A program made the translations under genes and the position numbers. The notes below the pieces were generated by a model, which was not told the DNA's origin, did not search any database, and saw only the letters and a list, made by a program, of their open reading frames with translations. Shown piece after piece: positions 37,979 through 46,215 of a stretch of DNA of 64,000 nt. This DNA is from a virus. Lineage: Duplodnaviria > Caudoviricetes. Numbering within the stretch: position 1 is the stretch's first letter; each line of letters begins with the position of its first letter. The DNA is taken from IMG/VR virus record IMGVR_UViG_3300027754_000037; one strand, 5' to 3'.

Positions 37979-38437
37979 ATGAAGTGTAATCAAAAAAGCG
38001 TCAGCGACCTAGGGGCTGCTGCATATCTTCTCATGCATGATATAAAAGTCACAGGGAGAAAAAGTAAAGAAATTTATTTTTTACTTAATGCAAATTGCAC
38101 TTCAGAACAGTTTGATCAATTGACTCTTGATTATCTTTCCAGCGAATTTCATAGATTTGATGCCTGCATCATGAGCCTCAAGAAAATCGGTGAATACTCC
38201 TTCCAAGCCAAAAATTTCAGGTTTGTAACCGATCTGGGAGCAGCAGCATATCTGCTCATGCACAAGTACAAAGTGGTTGGCAAAAGAGGTAAATCGATCT
38301 ATTTCGAGGTTGATAACACAGCTTCGGACAGGTTTGATGAGACCGCTCTTGAATACATTTCCAGCGATTTTCACCGTTTCGACTCGTGTCTGATGTCTTT
38401 GAAAAAGATTGGCGAATACATCAGCGAACAATATTGA
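37979..38437 (+). CDS. Tandem two-domain protein (DUF5659-like x2)
   Basis: SDLGAAAYLLMH...IYF...FHRFD twice with a 75-aa (225 nt) period. Confidence 0.65.
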   Translation: MKCNQKSVSDLGAAAYLLMHDIKVTGRKSKEIYFLLNANCTSEQFDQLTLDYLSSEFHRFDACIMSLKKIGEYSFQAKNFRFVTDLGAAAYLLMHKYKVVGKRGKSIYFEVDNTASDRFDETALEYISSDFHRFDSCLMSLKKIGEYISEQY

Positions 38438-38468
38438 AAAAATCAATATATAATCACAAGGAGATTAT

Positions 38469-39950
38469 ATGTTGAGATTTAGAGATTATCGCAACAACTC
38501 GAGGGGCGTTGAGCTCTACGAGGCAGAAGTCGCTTCTGATCCGGCAATAAATGCAGCAATTGAAAAAATTGTTGATGACTGGATCGGTGAATTAAAGAGC
38601 GAACTTCTAAGTGGAGAAGGACTTAAAACACCCGGATTGTGGGATCGTTTCAAAAATTCTCTTGCCAATTTCTGGCATGGTGCCTATAGCGACAAAAATC
38701 CCTACCGTCATAGGAATATGTACGGCAATCTCGGTGCAACTACGGAATCTGTTGACAATAGGCTGTCTCTGGATGAATATAAAATTCTAAGAGAATGCTG
38801 TGATCTGCTCGAAGAGGAAGTCAAAACAGCAGCGCCAGCAACAGACCAGAATTCAAAGCTGAAGCTTGTTCAGATCATTAACAAACACGCCAAAAACTTG
38901 AAAGACAGATTGATCAAGGTTTTGACGGGAGCATATGTTCCTGCTCTAAAAAAATTCCATATGCCTTCTTTGAGCTCCTTCCCCCGAAAGATAGAACCCA
39001 TCACTCCTCCCTCAGATACAGTAGACCCAAGCGCAAAGCCCGACACAGAGGTAGAAAAAGAACCTACTGAAGAACCAAAAGAATTTAGTTACACCGAACC
39101 ACCAACCCAAGGAATTGCATGGGCTTCTTTAAATGCTCGTCAAAAAATGGCTTGGAATAAATATGGTGGTGGTGCAGTATCAAGAAGTGAACGCCATAAA
39201 GGAAAATTCCCGTTGCAAGGAAGATTCCCGTTGCCTTGGATTCTTCGTCTAGGAGATCCTAGAAAAGATATGCTTTCTTTGAATACTTCAAGATCGCTTA
39301 TTCGAGATAAGAGACTCGAACTCGATTCGGATTTGATTAACTCCAAAGAAAAACTAGAATCTCGTGTTGAACATTCCAAGACTATTTTTGCAAATAGGAA
39401 GAAGCGTTCTGCCAAGCCAGATGCAGAAATGCCTTCAGAGCCACTTGCTGACACGCCCTCTCCAGAAAACAAAAAGCGTAAACAGCCTCGTCCAGATGTT
39501 GAAACCCCATCTTCCGATGCTGAAAAAATATCTGCTGATTTAGGTCGCCCAGAAGACTCAGAATCAGAAGCTCCCGATGTTGCTACGACTTCTGATTTCA
39601 GAGATGAATCTGAAGAGACCGAAGAAGATAAAGCAACAAATACGCTAAATCGTCTTGTAACCGACTGGTCTGTTGAAGAAGAAAGAAAAAAATTAATCGA
39701 GACTGCAAGAAAAATGAATCTTGACAATTTAAAGGATGAAATAATTAAAATGCTTCAAGCCCATGTTGATGCAGAGCCAGAAGGCGACAGTAAAACTTAT
39801 CATCAAAATGAATTAGATAAAGTAAAAGTACAAAATATTGGAAAAATTGAGGAATTAGACAAGACAGCACGCCTTCTTCTTGGCATTCTGCCTACTTTTG
39901 AAGCCAGAAAGTATTTTGTCAATAAATTCAGACAATTAGTTCATGGCTGA
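38469..39950 (+). CDS. Hypothetical protein (possible head-packaged protein)
   Basis: 493 aa, GGAG RBS, N-terminus MLRFRDY...LYE, acidic Pro-rich linkers. Confidence 0.75.
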   Translation: MLRFRDYRNNSRGVELYEAEVASDPAINAAIEKIVDDWIGELKSELLSGEGLKTPGLWDRFKNSLANFWHGAYSDKNPYRHRNMYGNLGATTESVDNRLSLDEYKILRECCDLLEEEVKTAAPATDQNSKLKLVQIINKHAKNLKDRLIKVLTGAYVPALKKFHMPSLSSFPRKIEPITPPSDTVDPSAKPDTEVEKEPTEEPKEFSYTEPPTQGIAWASLNARQKMAWNKYGGGAVSRSERHKGKFPLQGRFPLPWILRLGDPRKDMLSLNTSRSLIRDKRLELDSDLINSKEKLESRVEHSKTIFANRKKRSAKPDAEMPSEPLADTPSPENKKRKQPRPDVETPSSDAEKISADLGRPEDSESEAPDVATTSDFRDESEETEEDKATNTLNRLVTDWSVEEERKKLIETARKMNLDNLKDEIIKMLQAHVDAEPEGDSKTYHQNELDKVKVQNIGKIEELDKTARLLLGILPTFEARKYFVNKFRQLVHG

Positions 39951-40351
39951 TTTTTTTGAAGCATTTTCCCCATGTTTTGCTGTGCCTGCTTTTGTAAAGC
40001 AGCAAGCATGGAAGGATCAACAAACTGCATCGGTGGTTGCGCTGCTGGAGCAGGAGCTTGTTGAGGAGCCTTCTTCACCTCTTCAATAATTTTCTGGTAA
40101 TTAGGATCATCTTCAGTAATCATTTGTTCTTCTACGATTCCAACAATGTATTGCATGGAATAAAAGTTTTTACAATTTGTTAAGTGATGTTTCGTGAAAA
40201 CACCATCTTGGTCAATTGCTTCAACAATTCCTGTGAAGAACTCAGCAAATTGTTGGTCAGGAAAACCTCCCTTGTTAACGCCAACCGTTAATATTGTGCA
40301 AATTTTACCCACAAATGTGCTACGAAGATTTTCCAATGATGAAGAAAGCAT
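39941..40351 (-). CDS. Hypothetical protein
   Basis: 136-aa ORF with a Gln/Pro-rich tail. Confidence 0.7.
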   Translation of the reverse strand: MLSSSLENLRSTFVGKICTILTVGVNKGGFPDQQFAEFFTGIVEAIDQDGVFTKHHLTNCKNFYSMQYIVGIVEEQMITEDDPNYQKIIEEVKKAPQQAPAPAAQPPMQFVDPSMLAALQKQAQQNMGKMLQKNQP

Positions 40352-40398
40352 TTTATACCTCGGGACATAAATATTGAGTCATTTTAAAGGAGCGATGG

Positions 40399-40614
40399 AT
40401 GTCTAGCAATTATAGTGAAGTTGCGCCTCCCGGTTGGAGCGGTACTGTCAAGGCCATGAAAAAAAATAAAGAGATCGATAATCCCTACGCTCTCGCATGG
40501 TACATGAAGAACAAAGGCTACAAGCACCATCACAAACCAGAGAAGAAGAAAAAAGACGAGAGCGTTTTTCAGCACAAGTCTTTCATCGAATGGATTAGCG
40601 CCAAATATCGCTGA
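40399..40614 (+). CDS. Small basic hypothetical protein (APPGW...NPYALAWYMK)
   Basis: AAGGAG RBS and CATAAATA at 40366-40373. Confidence 0.7.
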   Translation: MSSNYSEVAPPGWSGTVKAMKKNKEIDNPYALAWYMKNKGYKHHHKPEKKKKDESVFQHKSFIEWISAKYR

Positions 40615-41659
40615 ATCCGAAAAAATCACCAACTGTGCCGTGTGGGCCTGAATAGTCCAACGGACTTTGGTTTTTTTTGATGTAATAATGCAGCATAACT
40701 GCTGAGTTCTTTTGTAAAAACTCGTTCCAGTCGTTGTAGCCTTTTGGTGGCACAACATACATCAATTTTTCGCCTGTCTTTTTACTTGTCTCTAGCGCAG
40801 CAATCATACTGCTCATTTTTGTGGTTCCGGCTTTTCCAGCCTTATCTCTGTCAAGACAAATGCATATTCTATAATCCGACAACAGAATGGCCTGTTTTTC
40901 ACCCATGTTTTTGCCACCGCAGGCAGCAGCATTCAGTTCCGCCTGCTTAAGACTCATGGCGTTGAACTCGCCTTCACAAACATAAACCAAGTCGCCTGAA
41001 TCTGGCCATCTTCCAGCCATAAAAATCACATCTTCTTTTCCAACGCCAACTTCTTTTTCTGGACCTCGGTACTTCATTTTGCTCTGACCAAGAGCTCTAC
41101 CATTGAAATAAATTAATTTACCATGACGGTCATAGTAAGGAATGATGATTCTATTTTTATATTTCATCCCATCTGTGCAAATGTAAAGCCCATCTATCGG
41201 AATCTTTCTTTCATTAAGGTATAATTCAGCCCTCTTTCTCCACCAGTTATTTGTGCCTAAATCCGAAATTAAAAGACAATCAGCAGGCAAACTTAAATCA
41301 GACTTGGGCTGCTCAACCACAACCTCTTCGTCTTGGGCTGCAAATATTTTCTCAAGCTGTCTTTCCAATTCACGAATGCTTGTATGCCCTTGCAACTTGG
41401 CAAGGGCATCATCACGGGAACAAAAATCCACCAGCATAATCAATTTGACAAGTGAGCCTTTTTTGTCTGTTTTCCAACAATGATATGTGCCAAATTTTCT
41501 TTGCTTTTTCCCCCCGGATGGATTGCACCACAGGTGAAAACCATTATCATCAGGCTCAAATATGCTATTTATTTTAACTTCTTTGCCAGCAACAACTACA
41601 TTGTCATCACCAAAACGGCCTTTTGCCCACTTTACAAAATTTTTGAACGAAACTGCCAT
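40595..41659 (-). CDS. DNA primase (DnaG/T4 gp61-like, TOPRIM)
   Basis: RIIIPYYD..GKLIYFNGRAL, YVCEGEFNA, CLDRDKAG; degenerate N-terminal Zn-binding region. Confidence 0.88.
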   Translation of the reverse strand: MAVSFKNFVKWAKGRFGDDNVVVAGKEVKINSIFEPDDNGFHLWCNPSGGKKQRKFGTYHCWKTDKKGSLVKLIMLVDFCSRDDALAKLQGHTSIRELERQLEKIFAAQDEEVVVEQPKSDLSLPADCLLISDLGTNNWWRKRAELYLNERKIPIDGLYICTDGMKYKNRIIIPYYDRHGKLIYFNGRALGQSKMKYRGPEKEVGVGKEDVIFMAGRWPDSGDLVYVCEGEFNAMSLKQAELNAAACGGKNMGEKQAILLSDYRICICLDRDKAGKAGTTKMSSMIAALETSKKTGEKLMYVVPPKGYNDWNEFLQKNSAVMLHYYIKKNQSPLDYSGPHGTVGDFFGFSDIWR

Positions 41660-41718
41660 TTCGTAATACCTTTTGTTAAATAAACTCTTTAGAATAGCAT
41701 AACATAATTTGGTGAAAA

Positions 41719-42495
41719 ATGGAACAAGACAGACTTATTTGCGAACACATATCTGTTTCCAGAAAGCAGACATGGAACGAATGTCAACAAAAGTATAAAT
41801 TTAGATATCATTTAAAAATGATTCCAGAAGGTCCTGAACAACCCTACTTCACCTACGGAAAAGTTGTTCATAAAATAGCAGAAGTTTTTGTGCAGGAACA
41901 AGGTCAAAGAACAATTGATGAAATCGCATCAGATGTGCTTGCCGGAAGAATTGAATATCAAGAAGGTATTGGCAAACCAAGTCTTGGTCGTGAATACATG
42001 AGTAAATTGCCTAGCCACATCAGAAACATCAAAGAAATTACTGAAAAAATCGGTTTCGATGGAGAAACAGAATGGCAATTCAAGTTTGACTTACAACCTC
42101 CTGACAACCATATTATCACAGGTTTCATAGACCGTTTGATTGTTCGGGGCGAAAAATATTTCATTCTCGACTACAAAACCACCAAAAAAGGCGGATGGCG
42201 AAAAAACGCCAACACCATCAAGAAAGACCTGCAACTCAGGTGTTATGCAAGGGTTGTACAAAAAAAATTCGGTGCTAAAGCAGAAAATATCAACTGCGCC
42301 CTGTATTATCTTGAAGGTGGTGATCTTGTAAGTGCGAAGTTTTCAGAAGAATCCTTAATTGCAGCAGAGCAAGAAATGCACGATACCTATAAGCACATCA
42401 TTTCCACGCATCCAGATGATGTTTACGGCATGGTTGGCAATCATTGCCACCGATGTGACTATATGCAAGTTTGTCCATCACGCAAGCTTATTTGA
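41719..42495 (+). CDS. PD-(D/E)XK nuclease, RecB/AddB/Cas4-like with Fe-S staple cysteines
   Basis: SVSR..TW.EC, GKVVH, GFIDRL, ILDYKT, QLRCYA, CHRCDYMQVC. Confidence 0.88.
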   Translation: MEQDRLICEHISVSRKQTWNECQQKYKFRYHLKMIPEGPEQPYFTYGKVVHKIAEVFVQEQGQRTIDEIASDVLAGRIEYQEGIGKPSLGREYMSKLPSHIRNIKEITEKIGFDGETEWQFKFDLQPPDNHIITGFIDRLIVRGEKYFILDYKTTKKGGWRKNANTIKKDLQLRCYARVVQKKFGAKAENINCALYYLEGGDLVSAKFSEESLIAAEQEMHDTYKHIISTHPDDVYGMVGNHCHRCDYMQVCPSRKLI

Positions 42496-43384
42496 TAGGA
42501 AATAAAATCAAACCCTGAGTAGGCAAATCTGTTCCTCTGTTGATAATCGGCAGTTTATCTGCAATTCCAATCAACACCTTTTGCTCTAACAAAAAGACAT
42601 AGTCTTTTTGTTTCTTCCAGAAACTGTGAATTGCAAATAGAGGTGTGAAAAATCCCTTACCAGTACCATCACGATATTGAGTTCCCCAACAAGTACCGAT
42701 ATACTGACCTTCGTCGTTCATCAAACCGCCACCAGACCTGCCGGGACGAGGGCTATTCTTGATGGTGACCAAATCATTACCAATGATACCAACCATTTCG
42801 ATGTCATAGTGAGCGACTTCAGAACCGGCATCACATCCGCATGAATGAGAGTGCTGTCTACGCACATACTCATAATTTTCAGGACCAATAGGAAAACAAT
42901 TTGGAACCCAATCTGGAGTGAATGTCACGAGCCCAGTATCTTCCTCTGCCCCTTCAATAAACCTGTAGAATATGACATTTGCATCGTAACTTCTTGGAGC
43001 ATCAAGTTTTAGGTCATTGTGATACCAAACAATTATCTTACATTTCAATTTCTTTTTTTTACCCTCTTCTGCGGTCATCACACCATTCCAAAGGTGGCCA
43101 CAAGTTGCAACATACGCAAGATTCTTCTTTGCATCGTAGTGGACTATGGTTCCAGAGCCTGAACCAGCAGCTACTGCTATTTTGACCGAAGGGGCGAGGA
43201 ATTTCCGAAACTCTATGCCACGCTTGGCTATAGGTGCGGGACTTTCGTTGCCGACTGGAATACTCTCCAGAATCGGCATGTTGTCTAGCGGGTCTTTGTC
43301 CAAAAACTTCAAAGTGTTCTGAGAATTCAAGTTTCCTGTCAGGCACAGGCAGGCAAAAAGACTGTAAATAAGTTTTTTTAACAT
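42488..43384 (-). CDS. Secreted trypsin-like (S1) serine protease
   Basis: Signal peptide; GSGTIV, ATCGHL (His), DTGLV (Asp), GRSGGGL (Ser). Confidence 0.85.
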   Translation of the reverse strand: MLKKLIYSLFACLCLTGNLNSQNTLKFLDKDPLDNMPILESIPVGNESPAPIAKRGIEFRKFLAPSVKIAVAAGSGSGTIVHYDAKKNLAYVATCGHLWNGVMTAEEGKKKKLKCKIIVWYHNDLKLDAPRSYDANVIFYRFIEGAEEDTGLVTFTPDWVPNCFPIGPENYEYVRRQHSHSCGCDAGSEVAHYDIEMVGIIGNDLVTIKNSPRPGRSGGGLMNDEGQYIGTCWGTQYRDGTGKGFFTPLFAIHSFWKKQKDYVFLLEQKVLIGIADKLPIINRGTDLPTQGLILFPIK

Positions 43385-43415
43385 ATAAGCCCCAAAAATT
43401 AACTATAATTTATGT

Positions 43416-43883
43416 ATGTCTAAGGAAAAAAGAATCATGCCCACACTCACGGTTTGTCACTATTTGTATTTGACTCGTGAACAAAGATATGCGCTGCATG
43501 AAGGGCAGGAGCTTGAAGTCACAGGCATCACAGTTCCTGTCTGGTTTCATAAAGGAAACACCTCAGAACCCGCTCAGGAAATTTTCTGCAAATACAAGCT
43601 CACAAATGACAGACAAGGCACACGAGTTCTCAATAATGCCGAAGGCTATGAAATCAATATGCCTTCAGTAGAAGTTAAAAGCGAAGATATTGATTCTGAA
43701 CTAATTAAAAGCGTTCAAAACAAGCTAGGAACAACCGAAAGGCTGCTGGACCAAGAGGATGGTGGACTGGAATGGTGTGAATTTAAATTTTTTCAAAAAA
43801 TGCAAATCGAAAACAAACAATACTATAACATTCATTTCGTAGAAATTAAACCCTTGCAGATTTTAACCGACACTCTCGGTTAA
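43416..43883 (+). CDS. Hypothetical protein
   Basis: 155-aa ORF filling the gap between its neighbours. Confidence 0.7.
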   Translation: MSKEKRIMPTLTVCHYLYLTREQRYALHEGQELEVTGITVPVWFHKGNTSEPAQEIFCKYKLTNDRQGTRVLNNAEGYEINMPSVEVKSEDIDSELIKSVQNKLGTTERLLDQEDGGLEWCEFKFFQKMQIENKQYYNIHFVEIKPLQILTDTLG

Positions 43884-44401
43884 ACATCGTGTAACTGGAC
43901 TGACATCTTCACATTGATGGAATCTCCGCTGACCAAGCTCAGCGCCTGCGTCAAAGGAACAGATGCAATAAGAATACCAGAACCCGCAACAGAACTGGTA
44001 CACATGAAAAGATTTAAAACCGTCAATCCAAAGTTGCCTGTCGCCGTAAATGTGATGACTTGACTATTCGCACGATAAATGGATGGGGAAGTGCCAGTAG
44101 TTTCAAAAACAAAACCGTTCTCAGAACTTACGGCCTGCCTTGCATAACCACCAGAGTTGGGTTCCTGACCACTTAAACTATTGACAGTATCAGCATAGGC
44201 TAAAGTGGACCTACCATCCAAGCCGAAATAGTAACTTCCGGGGGGAGTATCCAGCGTTCCTTTGGCAAAAGCGCATTTCAGAATAAACTGTTCACCTAAT
44301 GTGTGAAGCATATTGGTGAGATTCTCTGCTTTCCAAATCACCTCGCCGTTACGAACATGATTTACTTCCAAGATTTTTAGAATGCCGTGCCAGTCGCTCA
44401 T
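43880..44401 (-). CDS. Phage tail-fibre-type beta-sandwich structural protein
   Basis: YYFGL...EPNSGGYARQAV...ITFTATG...L..GDSINV pattern. Confidence 0.6.
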   Translation of the reverse strand: MSDWHGILKILEVNHVRNGEVIWKAENLTNMLHTLGEQFILKCAFAKGTLDTPPGSYYFGLDGRSTLAYADTVNSLSGQEPNSGGYARQAVSSENGFVFETTGTSPSIYRANSQVITFTATGNFGLTVLNLFMCTSSVAGSGILIASVPLTQALSLVSGDSINVKMSVQLHDV

Positions 44402-44928
44402 GTTTTCCCCAGCTTATATTTGTTTTTTTGTCCTGTTTTAATGGAGTATACCAGCGCATCAATTGGAAATTTGCGCCCACAAAATTGCTGATTTTCCACA
44501 AATTCTTTACCGCAACCTTTTTTCAAATAAGCAATTGTGATATGAGGAATATACTTTGGAAAATCTGGTTTATTTATGATATTTTTAAAAAGTTGTTTAT
44601 TCAAATTAAGAATTTCATCATCAACAACCTCTATCATCAATACATCAAATTTTGAATTCTGAGTAAATAATTTTATTTTACCAAGTTGACAGGATGTATT
44701 TTTACAACTCGATATCGTTTCCGATACATTTTTTTCAGTATCTTCTATGCAACCCAAAACTGTTAAATGCACATATTCTTCACGACCAAATGAATGGTCT
44801 TCAGAATCGTAGTAAATATCACTTTCCTGCACATAGTCATAACACCATGATATTATGTCATCTGCAAGTGTTTCTGACACTTCTGCTATGATGTAAGATT
44901 TTTCAAATATTGGCTTACCCGAACACAT
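44398..44928 (-). CDS. 2H phosphoesterase, anti-CBASS Acb1 (T4 gp57B)-like
   Basis: Two HxT motifs: GREEYVHLTVL and YIPHITIAYLKKG. Start reassigned to the ATG at 44928. Confidence 0.75.
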   Translation of the reverse strand: MCSGKPIFEKSYIIAEVSETLADDIISWCYDYVQESDIYYDSEDHSFGREEYVHLTVLGCIEDTEKNVSETISSCKNTSCQLGKIKLFTQNSKFDVLMIEVVDDEILNLNKQLFKNIINKPDFPKYIPHITIAYLKKGCGKEFVENQQFCGRKFPIDALVYSIKTGQKNKYKLGKT

Positions 44929-45244
44929 TTTGCATCTCTTGGTTATCAGGCAAATCAAAACTCTGTGACTTTTTCTTCTGAATATCTTCAAGTTTGCGCT
45001 TTTCGTTCATGAGCTCATTTTCGATATTCTGTAATACATTTACAGAGCTTTGCGAAGATACAAGCTTGTTTTCTTTTCTCTCCAGCCTTTGCTTTTGCCT
45101 GCTGCCTCTCTTGCTCTCCACATTTTCGACAACCTGCAAAGCCTTGCTCAATAAACCTCTGACTTCTTGCAAAGCAAAATCTTCAGGGATGTTTTTTAAG
45201 GCTTGTAAAATACAAATTTTTAATCCAGCCGTGTTATTTTTCAT
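44915..45244 (-). CDS. Coiled-coil hypothetical protein
   Basis: Overlap-coupled to both neighbours. Confidence 0.65.
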   Translation of the reverse strand: MKNNTAGLKICILQALKNIPEDFALQEVRGLLSKALQVVENVESKRGSRQKQRLERKENKLVSSQSSVNVLQNIENELMNEKRKLEDIQKKKSQSFDLPDNQEMQNVFG

Positions 45245-46214
45245 TTTGCCCTTTCTTAACCAGTTCAAGCCAACGAACTGGTGCATCTTCTACTAAATGA
45301 TAACTCAACATATCGCCTTCGTGTAACGAACTGATGAGATACTCCTTAGGCAATTTAACACGCCAATAGTCAATATTTTCATCAATAATCATATTGGTCA
45401 GAGTAGTTCCTTCTGGGAGCATGGTTTTATATCCCAAAGCTATTTCCTTCTTTTTTTGCTCAAACAATCTTCTCTTTGCAGTAGGTTGAGGCATGTACAA
45501 AGAAATAATTTGTTTATAGTTTGGATTTTCCTGCAATTTTTTCATCAAAATTTGGTACTGAGTGCTGACTCTATCGGGTAAATTATTGCTTACAAAATTC
45601 TCAGCTTTAAATCCTTGATGCGTATGAGTTAATGTAAAAAGGGCAGGATAAATTCCATTAATTTTGACCAACATGGAATCTACAATCAAGCCATCCTCTG
45701 GCAGAATTGCTTCTAACTCAATTGAATTGCTTAATTCCAATTGCTCGGTAATCATTTCGAGCTTTGCCACAACCTGATTAAAAAGAATATTGCATTCTGT
45801 AACAAGACTGTTTACCACTATATCGACATCTATAGGACCAAAACTTTCTCCGAGATGTTTGGCTTCAAAGTTTTGAATCAACTCTTCAACTACAGCTAAA
45901 TTTGCTGAATTTATTCCATGAATTTTGACCCATGATCTACAACGAGTCATATTCTTCTCTAAACTGTTTATGCTTCCAGATTTAGCAGCTATGCAAAATG
46001 CTTCTATATACGGATAGGCAATTGATTCAAGGTTTTTCTTGATTTTATTTACATCGAGAATATTTTTGACCATATCCGTTGCATCTTGGTTCTTAAGAAT
46101 CAAGGACGAAAAGTTTGCCAAAATGTTTTCTCGATAATTTTGACAACAGCATCTTATTTTGCACCGAGATTCTTGTTTTTCACGAAGGAAATCTGCAAGT
46201 TTTTTTATTGGCAT
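45234..46214 (-). CDS. Hypothetical protein
   Basis: ATG 1 nt after the TerL stop; about 326 aa. Confidence 0.7.
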   Translation of the reverse strand: MPIKKLADFLREKQESRCKIRCCCQNYRENILANFSSLILKNQDATDMVKNILDVNKIKKNLESIAYPYIEAFCIAAKSGSINSLEKNMTRCRSWVKIHGINSANLAVVEELIQNFEAKHLGESFGPIDVDIVVNSLVTECNILFNQVVAKLEMITEQLELSNSIELEAILPEDGLIVDSMLVKINGIYPALFTLTHTHQGFKAENFVSNNLPDRVSTQYQILMKKLQENPNYKQIISLYMPQPTAKRRLFEQKKKEIALGYKTMLPEGTTLTNMIIDENIDYWRVKLPKEYLISSLHEGDMLSYHLVEDAPVRWLELVKKGQNEK

Positions 46215-46215
46215 T

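Noticed and set aside
11371-38300. Repeat pairs (TMP duplication, DUF5659-like duplication) as possible DGR template/variable regions
   Set aside because: Both copies are in frame within one gene, the differences are not adenine-specific, and no reverse transcriptase is present.
41719-42495. Cas4-like nuclease as a sign of a CRISPR system
   Set aside because: No repeat-spacer array or other cas genes were seen; solo Cas4/RecB-like nucleases are routine in phages.
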